Source of the DNA: Phyllobates terribilis
Lineage: Eukaryota
Length of the DNA: 64,000 nt
Assembly (NCBI RefSeq): GCF_046119375.1
Contig: NW_027362770.1
Coordinates: 16,368,001-16,432,000, forward strand
Direction of reading: 5' to 3'
This document shows, in pieces, positions 12,720-26,185 of the stretch; positions within the stretch are counted from its first letter, which is position 1, and each line of letters starts with the position of its first letter. The translations under genes were made by a program, and so were the position numbers. The notes below the pieces were generated by a model. It made no database searches, was not told the DNA's origin, and saw only the letters and a list, made by a program, of their open reading frames with translations.

Positions 12720-13055
12720 TTTCCTGAGAAGGAAATTGTGGATGGCTTCGCTTCTGGTTTTGGGTGCACTGCTATTACCAATGGTGTGCCATAATTCACT
12801 GGAAATATTCCAGTCTGGTTGGAGACAAGCTCATTCCCACAGAAAAATACCAGCAGCAAGCTAAGGAGATGGTGGCCTCTATCATCATCACGACCTGCAA
12901 GTTTTGCATTATGAACTCTCCTGAAAGAGAAGCAAGGCCCACCAGAGGAGTTCTGGTTCTCTGGTGGGCCCATCCAACCTTGCATACAAGCAGCCCTGGC
13001 TAAGAAAAGTCTTTGTGAAGGTTCCCGGACACTCTATGGCTGCTTTTTTACTGTG
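12720..13055. repeat. Unclassified dispersed repeat, copy 1 (segments A then B)
   Basis: Similar to 14728-14978 (same strand) and to 47985-48515 (opposite strand). Confidence 0.75.
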
Positions 13056-13089
13056 GACTAGCTCCAACAATCTATAAGAGCCCTTCACT

Positions 13090-14640
13090 ATCTCCCAATT
13101 GCTCTGTGTATCCAGTTCAAACGACTAACACTGACCTACAAAGCCATCCATAACCTTTCTCCTCCATACATCTCTGAACAAATCTCCCGATACATACCCT
13201 TACGTAATCTCCGGTCATCCCAACATAGTAACATAGTAACATAGTTTTTAAGGTTGAAGGAAGACTAAGTCCATCTAGTTCAACCCATAGCCTAACATGT
13301 CGATCCAGAGGAAGGCAAAAAAAAACCCCATGTGGTAAACACTAAGCTCCACATTGGGGAAAAAATTCCTTCCCGACTCCATACGACAATCACACTAGTT
13401 CCCTGGATTAACGCCCTATCAAGGAATCTAGTATTTATAACCTGTAATATTATACTTTTCAAGAAAGGCATCCATGCCCTTGTTAAATTTTAACAGTGAA
13501 TCACTCATTACAACATCATGCAGCAGAGAGTTCCATAGTCTCACTGCTCTTACAGTAAAGAATCCGTGTCTGTGATTATGATTAAACCTTCTTCCCTCCA
13601 GACGTAGAAGATGCCCCCTTGTCCCAGTCTCAGGCCTCAGAGTAAAAAGATCAGTAGAAAGGTCTTTGTACTGCCCCCTCATATACTTGTACATAGTAAT
13701 AAGATCACCCCTAAGCCTTCTTTTTTCCACACTAAATAACCCCAAGTGTAATAACCTGTCTTGGTATTGCAGACCCCTAGTCCTCTAATAACCTTGGTTG
13801 CTCTTCTCTGCACCCTCTCTAGTTCAGCTATGTCTTTCTTATACACCGGAGACCAGAACTGTACACAGTATTCTAAGTGTGGTCGCACTAGTGACTTGTA
13901 TAATTATATGCTTAATTGTAAAACACTGGGCAAAACTGTAACTGAAAAAGACCTGGGTGTATTGGTGGACGACAAGCTCACGTTTAGTGGCCAGTGTCAG
14001 GCTGCTGCTACAAAGGCAAATAAAATAATGGGATGCATTAAAAGAGGCATAGATGCTCATGAGGAGAACATAATTTTACCTCTATACATTTTATTTCCTC
14101 TGCCCAAGTGCATTACCTTACATTTATCCCCATTAAAGCTCATTTGCCATTTATCAGCCCAAGCTTCTAGTTTACATAGATCCTCCTGTAATATAAAATT
14201 GTCCTCCTCTGTATTGATTACCCTGCAGAGTTTAGTGTCATCTGCAAATATTGAAATATTACTCTGTATGCCCCCTACAAGGTCATTAATAAATATGTTA
14301 AATAGAAGGGGCCCAATACTGACCCCTGTAGTACCCCACTGTTAACTGAGACCCAGTCTGAGTGTTTAGACCTTCTCTTCTCCACACTTATTTGTTCCTC
14401 ACCCAATCGCCTCCAAGACTTCCACCAAATATCCCCCATCCTCTGGAATACTGTGCCTCAACGCATCTGATTAGCCACCACATTCGCATCCTTCAGGCGC
14501 AACCTGAAAAGGCATCTCTTCAAGACAGCCTAAAGCCTGCCATTGCCTCACTGCCACCTTAACAACACGGGAGCTTTTGCAATTCCACAACATACTGTCT
14601 GCTTTCCCACCATCCTGTAGAATGTAAGCCCACAAGTGCA
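13090..14640 (+). mobile_element. L2 LINE 3' fragment split by the CR1 insertion (13090-13223 and ~14355-14640)
   Basis: CTGACCTACAAAGCCATCC...AATCTCCGGTC and CGCCTCCAAGACTTC...CCTGAAAAGGCATCTCTTC resemble the 3' end of the L2 at 17600-18100. Confidence 0.6.
13224..14354 (-). mobile_element. CR1 LINE, 5'-truncated, with an internal inversion (13897-14088)
   Basis: (ACTATGTT)n-type tail at 13224; ORF2 motifs [48 protein letters not shown]. The KDLGV segment lies on the opposite strand. Confidence 0.93.
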
Positions 14641-14727
14641 GTGTCTATAAGATTTAAGATGCAATATGACACCTTGGCAAAGCCCAACTAGATTCTCCCT
14701 TTGATATATAACAATAACAAACAGGTC

Positions 14728-14978
14728 ATGCTGGAGAAACTTGCACCTATTACCACTCAGTGTCTTCAGCTCCTTTGTGAGAAACTAATGTTTGGGCAAC
14801 CAGTCTACCAAATAAAATTCCTGAGGAATGGAAATTGTGGATGGCTTCACTTCTGGTAGTGGGTGCTAATACCAAACCGTTGCATGCAATTCACTGGATA
14901 ATGCTGGCTGGTTGAAGACAAGCTCATTCCCACAGAAAAGTACCATCAAGCTAAGGAGATGGTGGCCTCTATCATCAT
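14728..14978. repeat. Unclassified dispersed repeat, copy 2 (segment A)
   Basis: Shares GGAAATTGTGGATGGCTTC...GACAAGCTCATTCCCACAGAAAA...GCTAAGGAGATGGTGGCCTCTATCATCAT with 12720-12890. Confidence 0.75.
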
Positions 14979-14999
14979 GAAGGAGTTTCCCTATTGTTT

Positions 15000-15600
15000 A
15001 GGGGACTGATCACCGCTGCTGTCTACCTTGTGAACATTGTGTTGAAGCTTGCGACGATTAAGAGGTTACGTTGGTGAGTCTGGATTTTATACTAAAGATC
15101 CTGTTGTTTTTATAGTTTCTTAGTAAACACACAGAGACCGTGGTTTCTTCAGCAGCGCATCCAGGCTGGGATAATGGCGAAGAAATTGCTATACCATCAG
15201 GTTGAGGATGAGAGCCATGCAAGGCACATGTGTGTGGTTGCTCCAGCATAGGACCGCCATCAGGTTTGCACCGTTATCGTTCATGACCTTCCTTTGCTCC
15301 AGCTCAGTGGAGACAGCCATTGCTCAAACTCAGCCTGGAGAGCTGTCCACAACTCTTCAGCTGTATGACTGCAATCTCCACGGCATAATAATTTTAATAC
15401 TGCCTCATTGCGGTGAGTCCTGGCTGCGCAGTAATGAGGTGGGGGGATTCTTTCTGCACTGTACTGTTGGAACATTTGTCTCATTAAGGCAGAGGTTGAG
15501 GGCTCAAGTGGAGGCCCTAGAGGAGGTGGAGGAGACAAAAGCACTGGGGGAAGTGTTATATAAAGAGGTTTGTCCCGCAAGCCTTGAGAATTCCAACACT
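15000..15600 (-). pseudogene. hAT transposase core fragment
   Basis: HTAEELWTALQAEFEQWLSPL...DNGANL...HVPCMALILNL (second catalytic Asp and degenerate CxxH region). Confidence 0.85.
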
Positions 15601-16189
15601 TGCTGTCTAGTGACACCTTGGTGTCTAATAGTTTAGTTCTTCATCCCCTGGTGTGTAGTAGTTTAGTTCTCCAACCCTAGCTGTTAGTTATTAATTTTCC
15701 AACCCCTGTTGTATATTTGTATAGTTCTCCATGTTCTGGTGTGTATTTGTTTCGTTCTCCAACCCATCCATGCCAACTCCCATGGTTTAGTGTCTGGTGA
15801 TGAAGGTTTGAATGCTGCTCGGACCCTACTTCGTCCTGCCCGAATCAACTGAAAAGAATTTTGGGCATCGCTACACATGCTTTCCCTCTCTTGAGTCTGT
15901 GAAGCTTTGGATGAGACCTCTGATGGCCCAGAATAGAACGTGTGAACCGCTCCACAGACTCGCCCATCTGTGGTTCCCCACAGTCAGTTGGGCAGTTGGA
16001 GAGTTGTGACACGGGTGAAAACAAGGGTAATTGGGGTGCCACCTCTGAGAACTGTACTGTGTGTGATGTTAAGGTGGAGGTAGAGTAGCACAGGCCACTT
16101 GATGCAGCATTTGTCATCTACTGGAGCACATGCTCTTCCTTTCCCTCATCTACAAGGTGTACCACTGTGCGGCTACCAAAGAAAGGGAG

Positions 16190-18127
16190 TGGAGTCCAGT
16201 AACAGAAGTTTTCAAAATGCTGCACAATTGCTCACTGCAGCAAAGCAAACCTACTTCTCATCTCTCATATCATACGTGTCTCACAACCCTAAACAGCTAT
16301 TCAGTACTTTCAAGTCCCTCCATTGTCCACCAGCTCCCCCTCCCTCTCCTCTCATCTCAACTAATGACTTAGCCTCATTCTTCAAGCAGAAGATTGACAA
16401 GGTAGGGCAAAGCTTTTTCTTAAAGTCCCAACAGACCCTCTCATAACTAGCCAACTCTCCTCCTTCAAAACCATCTTCTCCGCCATCACGGAAGATTACC
16501 TTTACTCTCCAAATCACATCTCACCACCTGTGAATTTGACCCAATACCATCCCACCTCATTCCAAACCATACCACAGTTTTCATCCCAAGCCTAACCCTC
16601 CTCTTCAATCTGTCACTAACAACTGGTGTCTTCCCCTCATGATTCAAACATACCTCGATCACACCCATGCTCAAAAAGACCTCCCTTGACCCATCCTATG
16701 TCTAGCTATCGCTCCATCTGACTTCTCCCCTATGCCTCCAAACTACTGTAACAGCACATCCATTTTGAACTGTCCTCCCACCTCTCCTCCTGTTCCCTCT
16801 TTGACCACTTACAATCAGGCTTCCGACTTCACCATTTCACTGAAACTGCCCTGACTAAAGTCACCAACAACCTACTAACTGCCAAATCCAAGCAAGACTA
16901 CTCTGTCCTCCTCTGTCTAGACTAGTCATTTGCCTTCGACACAGTAGACCATTCCCTCTTACTACAGACTCTCATTTCTCGGCATTACAGACTTGGCCCT
17001 ATCTTGGATCTTTTCACACCTAAACGACAGGATATTCAATGTCTCCCACTCAATGTGCCCCCAAAGATTCAGTTCTAGGACCCCTGCTCTTCTCCATCTA
17101 CATCTTTGGCCTGCGACAGTATAACGTCTTTGCTTATGACACACAGATCGACCTCTCTGGTTTTGATATCACCTCCTTACTAACCAGAATCCCACAATGT
17201 GTGTCCTTTATTTCATCTTTCTTCTCTGCTAGATTTGTAAAACTTAACATGGATAAAACCGAATTCATCATCTTTCCACCATCTCATTCATCCCCCCCAA
17301 CTGACCTATCCTTCAAAGTGAATGGCTGACCACTCTCCCCAGTCCCGCAAGCTTGACTCTGATTTGTCCTTCAAACATCAGATCCAAGCCCTTTCCACTT
17401 GCTGCTGACTCCAACTCCAAAATATCTTGGGGATCCGCACATTCCCCAACCATGAATATACAAAAACTCCAGTGTACACCCTTATCATCTCCTGCCTCAA
17501 CTACTACAAGATCCTGCTCTGTAGCCTCCCTTCTACCACCCTCGCACCCCTCCAATCTATCCTAAATTGTGCAGGCCGACTAATCCACCTGTCACCCCAC
17601 TATTCCCAGGCTTCTCCCCTCTGTCAATCCCTGTGCTGGCTCCCTGTTGCCCAGAGACTCCAAATGAAAAGCCTAACTTTGGCATACCAAGCCATTGAAA
17701 ACCTGTCTCCTCCATACATGTTTGACCTAGTCTCCCTGTACTTACCTGCATGCAACCTCCCATCCTTCCAAGATCTCCTTCTCTACTTCCCTCTTATCTC
17801 TTCTTGTCACAATCACATACAAGATTTGTCCCATGCATGAGTAACTATGTATCTCAACACATCAGACTCCAGACTCTCACCTATCGCTTGAAGAGGAAGC
17901 CGAAGACCCACTTCTGACATGAGTACAATCTGCAGTAACCCTCAGTCCAGCATACCGCTGCACAATCAGCTGTACTCTGACCTACTGTATTCTCACCCAT
18001 CCCTTGTAGATTGTTTGTGCGCCCTTGTGGGCACGGCCTTCTCTCCTCTTGAGCCAGTGAGTGAATCATTTTCACATGTAAAGCACCACAGAATTAATGT
18101 GGCTGTAATAATAATAAAAATAATAAT
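16190..18127 (+). mobile_element. L2 LINE (RT region to 3' tail), heavily degenerate
   Basis: QSGFR...TETALTKVTNNLL, AFDTVDH, DSVLGPLLFSIY, DTQI, LNMDKTEFIIFPP; 3' tail ending in AATAATAATAAAAATAATAAT. Confidence 0.85.
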
Positions 18128-18139
18128 TATAGTACTTGT

Positions 18140-18365
18140 ACTCTGGGTCAATTGATGGCACTTTCCTGGTGTCTGCCCCTAATTTGATGTGTTTTGGCAG
18201 CTTTTGGGACCATTTGAAGGTGTTTTGTATGCATTTGTTTTTGCCTCCCATTGAATCCAATGGCATTCAGTAATGTTCAGCGAATATTCAACGAATAAAT
18301 CGGCGAATATTGCAAATTTGATGATCGTAATCCAAACCGAACATTAAAACATTCGCTCATCTGTA
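18140..18365. mobile_element. hAT-type non-autonomous end fragment
   Basis: CGAATATT-rich subterminus ending CGCTCATCTGTA, similar to the other hAT termini. Confidence 0.45.
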
Positions 18366-21108
18366 GTGGAAACCCGCAACAAGTGACCACATTTTGGAAA
18401 CTATACCCCTCAAGGAATTTATTTAGATGTATGGTGAGCACCTTGAACTCACAGGTGCTTCACAGAATTTTACAACGTGGATCTGTAAAAATGAAAAAAT
18501 ATATTTTTCCCACAAAAATGTTGTTTTAGCACCAAATGTTTTCATTTTCACAAGATAGCAAGAGAAAATGGACCTCAAAATTTGCTGTGCAATTTTTCCT
18601 ATGTACGCCAATACCCTTATGTTGTTGAAAACTACTTTTGATGCACAGTGCAAAGCTCAGAAGGGAAGAAGCACCATTTTGGAGTTCAGATTTTGCTTGA
18701 CTGGTTTCAGGGTGCCAAGAGCCCTGAGGTGCCAGAACTGCAGACCCCCCATAAGAGACCCCATTTTACAAACTACACCTCTCAATAAATTAATCTATGT
18801 GTGCAGTGAGCATATTGACACCACAGGTGGATCACAGAATTTTATACCATTGGGCAGTGAAGAAAAAAATAATTAATTTTTTACCACCAAAATGTTTTTT
18901 AGCCCCATATTTTACATTTTCAAACTGAGAAACGGGTAAAAATGGCACCAAAATTTGTACCACAATTTCTGCTGAGGGTAGAAATACCCCATATGTGGCT
19001 GTATAGTACTGCTTAGCCATATGGCGAGATTCGGTTGGGATGGAGCGCTGTTTGCCTCCTGGAGTGCAAATTTTTCTAGAATAGTATACAGACTCCATAT
19101 ACAGAGCCCCTAAGTGCTAGAATAGCAGAACCCCCCCTCAATTTACCCCATTTTGGAAATTATACCCCTTTGGGAATTTATTTACAGGTGCAGTGATGAT
19201 TATGACTCCATGGGTGTTTTCCAGAAACAAGCAGCAGTGGATGTTGTTGAGTGAAAATTCCAATCTACCGTTGTAGTGACCAGTAAGTTGTAGTGTGCAG
19301 TACGTTGTTCCCAGCTCATGCTTCTGAGATATGCACCAGTAAATTGGGCAAGCTCTCATCACTACAGAAATGTCAGACATGTGGACGCTAACTGCAGCTT
19401 AGGCACACACTGAAGCTCAGAAGGGAGGGAGACATTTGGATTTGGGAGTGCAGAATTTTCTGGAATTCTTTTGGGGGGCAATGAGCCATGGCATTTTTCC
19501 AGAGCCTTTGTGCTACCAGTGACATGAAAGCCCCTATATTTGTGATAACTGATAAGGGACCTGAGTGGGGACTTGCTTTTTTTGTAGATTGAGTTGAAGC
19601 TTTTGTTGGGAACATTTCGCATAATATTTTGGATCACATTTATCCTGTACTTTATGCTGAGCAGTTATATCGGGGTTTCCATCTAAATCTCCTTGTGACG
19701 TGATTCAGATGAACCCCCGAGGGAACCATTCACTATAATGAGGCAGCAGAGTTACTTGTAGTATTTCCTTCTCTATATAGGATTTACTCTGGGACTCCGT
19801 CTGGTCTCTGTTCAGTGTTGTCTGCCATTTCAGAAGTGCACAATACTGTCGTCGATGGCACTTTTATGTACGCCTAATAAAAAAATGGATGCCGACAGAT
19901 CAAAGGTCAGACTGCATCCACATAGCCTCCATCTGCCTAATTATAAGGAATCTTCTGCCGGTGGTTCTGTCTGAATCACGTATTTCAGAGATTTACTTGG
20001 ACACCCCGGTGTCAGCGCTCAGCACAGAGCGCAGGATGAATGTGAGCCGAGCCTTACTGCGATCTTTTGGAGGCAGAATGAACAAACCAACAGCAAGTGA
20101 AGAATTGGTTTTATTTATTTTTTACGCCGTTCCTCATGCAGTATAATTGATTAGGCGACTTTATTCTCCGGGTCGGTGCAATTACAACGATACCAAATTT
20201 ATAGCGGGTTTTTATGTTTGGCTGCTGTCACACATTAAAAGACGATTTTTCATTGAAAAAAATAGTTTTAGCATCTCCATATTTTGAGAGCTATAATTTT
20301 TCCATATTTCGGATGACAGAGTCATGTGGTCATGTGACAGCTTGTTTTTTTGCTGGATGACTTGTAATTTTTATTGGTACCATTTTTGGGCACGTGACAT
20401 TTTTTGATCGCTTTCTATTCTGATTTTTTGGAGGCAGAATGAACAAAAACCAGCAATTCAGGAATTGTTTTTTTCTGTTTTTTCATGTCATTTTGTGTGT
20501 GGTAAAATTGATAAGGCAGCTTTATTCTTCGGGTCAGTACGTTTACAGCGGTACCACATTTATAGCCTTTTTTATGTTTTGGTGCTTTTATGCAATAAAA
20601 ACAATTTTATAGAAAAAAATATTATTTTTGCTTCGCTTTATTCTGAGCGCTATAACTTTTTTATTTTTCCTCAGATATAGCTATATGGTGGCTTATTTTT
20701 TGTGGGACAAGATGACATTTTTAGCGGACCATTTTTATTGACATTCTTTTATTTGATAGAATTTTATTCTACTTTTTGTTTAGCAGTTTGCCTGTTTTTT
20801 ATTTTTACGGTGTTCACTGAAGGGGTTAACTAATGGAACAGTTATATAGGTCAGGTCATTCCAGACATGGTGATGCCAAATATGTGTACTTTTTGTTTTC
20901 ATAAAAATTGCAGCATTTCCGGGGCAAGCAGAGGTAATAGCGCCCCTCTTACCTTGGATCGGAGACCCCGCACTTTCAGCATGGGGTCCCGATTGTTGCC
21001 ATGGTGACCCAATGTCGCCATGATGACATCCAGGTCACCAGGCATCAGAAAGTTAGATATATTGTGCGCAGTGCAGTGAAACACGAAGGGCGGTGACTCG
21101 AGCATGTC
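18366..21108. mobile_element. Non-autonomous piggyBac-like (TTAA) element, left/central part
   Basis: Sub-repeats CCCCATTTTGGAAACTACACC are the reverse complement of those in 26489-28180. Interrupted by the Gypsy with TSD ATGTC. Left TIR not found. Confidence 0.55.
19643..20039. mobile_element. MITE-like inverted-repeat unit inside the piggyBac-like element
   Basis: ATCCTGTACTTTATGCTGAGC...TGATTCAGA pairs imperfectly with TCTGAATCA...GCTCAGCACAGAGCGCAGGAT. Confidence 0.6.
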
Positions 21109-21777
21109 TGTGAGTTTCTCAGACTCTTTTGCTATATCTGATATCATTTTTTGTTTGAATTTAGTTCTTTTTCTTTCTACCATGCTGCATCATCTTGCCC
21201 TCTTTCAGTATGGAGTCCTCAGTCTCTTTGTTCCCGCCCAGTCCTTTTCCACTTGCCTATGTAAGCCGCCTCAGCTGTGTAATCAGTGCTTCTGAATCAT
21301 GCCTGCAACCTGTCTGTAGTTTGGTCTCCTGAAGCCTTGGACCTTCTATCTCTGCTGTCTTTTTGCAATGGAACTTTGGGACACATGCAAGAACCCTGTT
21401 GCTCTAATATCTGCTCTTTTTCAAAGATAAGCCTGTGTTTCCAGAGTTTTCTTTTGCACCCACGCATAAGACTCTATACTAACAGTATTAACATCTGACA
21501 AGATTCAGAAGCCAACATTAGAGTCTGCTGGGTCTGGGAAACCTGGGTATGCTGCAGCCATAAAAAGAATTCTGAATCTCGCCTCTGTGAAATTGCTGCG
21601 GACAGTGGACTCAATATATCTATTGATATTCTAAGTGATGACAGTGGTTGTGACTTCTCACAACCATTCCAGGTGAGCGCATTTTTGCTTATTTTCCTTG
21701 CAGTCTTACCACAGGTAAACACTATTGTGCACCCCCCTTTTTTTTCCAGTGTTTCTGCCTTAAAGGGGACTGGGAAG

Positions 21778-22722
21778 ATGGATTCTCAGGTGACTGAAGC
21801 AATTATTGCGGATTTGCAAGTTTTAAAGGCCAACTTTGCAAGTCTACAGGATCGTAATGATCATAATCTGAAAATCTTTGGACAAAATAATCAGGACTTG
21901 CGAATCAGACTAGAGGTTTTGGAGGGACGACTCCAGTCATCACCTTCACTTCGGGGTTCTGGTCTCCCCAAGTTTCCACCATTCCGCTTTGGCGGTGAAC
22001 GCGAGAAATTCAGGGGTTTTATAAATCAAGGCAAACTGTTTTTTGCTGCTCATGCACCACAGTTCCTCACTGAACGATCAAAGGTGCTAACTATGATCAT
22101 GCTACTTTCCAACAGGGCTCTCATATAGGCAAACCTTCTGATTGAGACTGAGGATGATTGTCTAAATAATCTAGATTCTTTTATCTCAGCCATGGGGCAG
22201 GTGTTTGACGACCCGAACCAAGGTGCTACTGCCGAAGCAACCATGTTGTCTTTGCATCAAGGTAAGCGCTCGATAGCCGAGTACGCTTTAGATTTCAGGA
22301 GATGGGCCCTCGATACTACTTGGGATAGTTCTGCCAAAAGATCAATCTTCCGGAAAGGTTTGTCTCCCGTGATTAAGGATGAACTTGCTCGTGCTGACCC
22401 TCCCACCTCTTTAGCGGACTTTATCAATTACTGCATTCATATTGATGCCCGTCTTACGGAACGCAGACAGGAGAAATGGTTTGAGGGTAACCGCATTAAC
22501 AATTTCCTTCCTTCATCTCCAACTAAGGAGTCCTTGAGTAAAGTCATGCGAGACTCGGAACCTGAACCTATGCAGGTGGACTCGTTACAGAGACGGGTCA
22601 GTGATGCACGCAAGGAACATCGACTGAAGGAAAATCTATGTTTCTATTGCGGTAAGTCAGGACACTTCATTATAGACTGTCCCAGCCATTCTCGTAGCAG
22701 TTATACATTGCGAGTGCTGTGA
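21778..22722 (+). pseudogene. gag: Gypsy #1 gag (one internal TAG at 22126-22128)
   Basis: PPFRFGGEREKFRGFINQ, PEPMQVD, CCHC knuckle CFYCGKSGHFIIDC; PEG10/RTL1-like capsid. Confidence 0.9.
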
Positions 22723-22735
22723 AAGGAGATCTGTC

Positions 22736-25700
22736 TTGTCTGAACCACAGGTCCCAGAAAGATCCGCAGCTTGTGACATTGATTACTTGGATTTAAACTC
22801 CGTTATTTCTGAGCCCGATGATTGTATAAATGCAGCAGTTTTTCAAGTTTCCTCAGCAGTATCTCGGTCGAACTGTACGAAGAATAATTCTAATTGTTTC
22901 CTTTCCATCAAGCTCTGGATTAACATGCTTTGGGTGTCTAGCTCTGCTATGATCGATTCAGGAGCAAGTGGCAACTTTATGGGCATCTCCTTTGCCCAGA
23001 AACATAGAATACGTTCAGTGAAGAAGATTACTCCTGTACAGATGGAGACTGTGGATGGTTCATTGTTAAACTCTGGACCAGGAGACGGAGCCCCTGACAG
23101 TCATCATGGGTAATGATCATCAAGAGAAACTGTCATTTATGCTCGTCTCTTCTCCCCATTTCCCCATTATTTTAGGACTGCCATGGCTCCAGACTCAAAA
23201 CCCTACAATTAACTTGGAAACTAAGGAGCTACACTTTTCAGAGAAACCGATAAGTCCAGGAGTTCCAGTTGGTTCTGTCCCTAAGAGAGACACGTCAGTT
23301 CCTGTGCTACCAGCAATGTACCGTGAGTATGCAGATGTGTGTGACAAGAAGTATGCCGACCAGCTTCCCCCTCACCGGCCTTACGATTGTCCTATAGAAC
23401 TATTACCGGGAGCAGAAATACCCTTTGGCAAATTTTAGCCTTTGGCAGGTCCCGAGCTTAAGGCTTTAAAAGACTATATTGACAAAAACCTAGCCAAGGG
23501 TTTCATTCGTCATTCTTCATATCCTGCAGGGGCACCTATTTTCTTTGTAAAAAAGAAAGACGGATCTCTTAGGCCCTGCATAGATTATCGGGAACTTAAT
23601 AAAATCACTAATAGAAACCGTTATCCACTGCAATTGATCCCTGAACTTTTGGAGAGAGCTCAGCAGGCCAAGGTCTTTTCTAAATTAGATCTCCATGGGG
23701 CTTACAATTTGGTCCGCATTATATCTGGGGATGAATGGAAGACAGCATTCAGGTCACGATACGGACATTTTGAATACCTGGTCATGCCATTCGGGCTATG
23801 TAACGCTCCAGCAGCATTTCAGCATCTTGTGAATGACGTTTTTAGGGACCTCTTGGATACTTTCGTGGTGATTTTAGATGATATTTTAATATTTTCCAAC
23901 TCCACAGAGCAACATCCCAAACATGTGAAAATGGTTTTGGAACGCCTACGGCTGAACACTCTTTATATCAAACATGAAAAGTGCGAATTTCACCGGACCG
24001 AGATTCAATTCTTGGGGTATGTAATTTCTTCACAGGGCATTAGTATGGACAAAAGCAAGACTCAAGCCATTAAGAATTGGCCAGTTCCCAAGAATGTGAA
24101 GGAAGTTCGGCGCTTCATAGGGTTTGCCAATTTCTACAGGCGTTTTATCAGGAACTTTTCTGAGGTAGTGTCACCCATCACACAGCTTACTCGTAAGAAG
24201 TCCACCTTCACCTGGACCCCTCAAGCCCAAGAAGCATTTTATCGTTTGAAAAGTAAATTTACCACAGCACCTATCCTAGTGCATCCCAATCCTGAACGTG
24301 CCTTTATAATAGAGGTGGATGCCTCCGACTATGCCATCGGAGCTATACTCTCTCAGAGGGTAGGTGAGAAAGATGTCTTACATCCCTGTGCTTTCTTTTC
24401 CCAGCAATTGTCTGCTGCGGAAAGGAACTATGATGTGGGCAATAGAGAATTGTTGGCCATTATCGCCGCCTTTAAGGAATGGAGACACCATCTTCAAGGA
24501 GCTGCACAGCAGATAATCGTCTTGACCGACCATCACAATCTTAAGTTTATCAGGTCGGCCAAGTGCTTGACCCCTCGCCAGGCTCATTGGAGTCTTTTCT
24601 TAAATCAGTTTAATTTTGTAATCTCTTATAGGCCAGGATCACGCAATGGAAAGGCTGATGCACTATCTAGAATCCATTCAACTGAGATTATTCCACTCTT
24701 ACCCCCTAAGACTATACTTTCTGATTCCAGATTCCTGGGAGTGATTCCTAATCAAGACCTACTTAATGACATCAAGGAGGCATACCATTTGGATTCCTGG
24801 TTGGCACAAACTTCTAGTGAATTAAGTCTTGTATATAAGAATGGTGTGTGGATTCAGAGGCAGCGCCTGTATATACCTGAAACGATCAGATTGAGAGTAC
24901 TGCAACTCACCCATGACTCTAAGATAGCTGGATATAGAGGAGTTTTTAAGACTCAAGAATTTCTTTCTTGTTTTTTTTTGGTGGCCAACGTACAGAAAAG
25001 ACGTGGCAAGTTATGTCACTTCATGCGAGGTTTGTGCTAGATGCAAGACTCCACATACTTCGCCTACAGGTCTTTTACAAACCCTACCCATCCCATCCCG
25101 TACATGGGGATCCATTTCTATGGACTTCATTGTTGAGCTACCAATCTCTCAAGGGAATAATACCATTCGGGTAGTAGTGGATCGCTTAACAAAGGCAGCT
25201 CATTTCATTCCTTGTGTTGGCCTACCCTCTGCTAAACAAACATCGGACCTAATCATTCAAAATGTGTTTCGCTTGCATGGTGTGCCAGATGAAGTCGTTT
25301 CTGATCGAGGAGTGCAATTCACTTCAAGGTTTTGGCAAAGTTTCTATGCAGCTTTGGATATTAAAGTTAATCTTTCTACTGCCTTTCATCCTCAGTCGAA
25401 TGGACAAACTGAACGAACAAATCAAGCCATGGAGCAGTATCTCCGTTGTTTTATCTGCCATCTACAGGATTATTGGGTGGATCTACTTCCATTGGCTGAA
25501 TATTCTTATAACTACTCTCAGAGCGCTTCCACTAAGCAGTCTCCTTTCTATGCTAATCTGGGTTATCACCCTAACATCCTTCCTCGATTTTCCCATAGAT
25601 ACACCTTTACCAGCTGTGACCGACAGAATTGCTTCTCTACAATGGAACATTGATCTTTTAAAGGAGAATCTGGAATTAGCTCAGGAGAGGTATAAGAGCG

Positions 25701-26185
25701 GCAGATAAGTATCGTAAACCTGCACCAATCTTCAAGGTAGGAGATTTGGTCTGGTTATCAACCAGAAATCTAAGATTAAGAATTCAATCATCGAAATTGG
25801 GGCATAAGTATGTTGGGCCCTACAAGATCAACAAGATTGTAAGTGCTGTTGCTGGTCGTCTTCAACTGCCCATCCTATGAGAATTCACCCTGTCTTTCAC
25901 GTTTCCCTTTTAAAGGCCGCAACACCCAATACATTTCCTACATGTTCTTCTCTTCGCCATCATCCTGTGCTCATCAATGGTCAGGAGGAGTTTGTAGTAG
26001 AAAGGATTCTGGATTCAAGGTTCCATAGACATCAGTTACAATACTTAAGTAAGTGTCAGGGCTACTCATCGGAAGATAACTTGTGGGAACCAGCTGACAA
26101 CAATAATGCTCCACGCCTACTCTGCCAGTTCCATTTGAGATACCCAGACAAGCCTGGTCCGGGGTCATCCGGAGGCTGTCCCTAA
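22736..26185 (+). pseudogene. pol: Gypsy #1 pol (PR, RT, RNase H, IN, chromodomain), disrupted
   Basis: IDSGA protease; SKLDLHGAYNLVRI; VVILDD (Tyr codon of YLDD lost); IIEVDASDYAIG; SMDFIVELP...SDRGVQF...GQTERTN; chromodomain EEFVVERILDSR...LWEPA. Confidence 0.95.

Noticed and set aside
12780-12830. SH3-like motif ELVSNQTGIFPVNYG in ORF 12629-12985
   Set aside because: The rest of the SH3 fold is absent and the motif is not kept in frame in the other two copies of the repeat.
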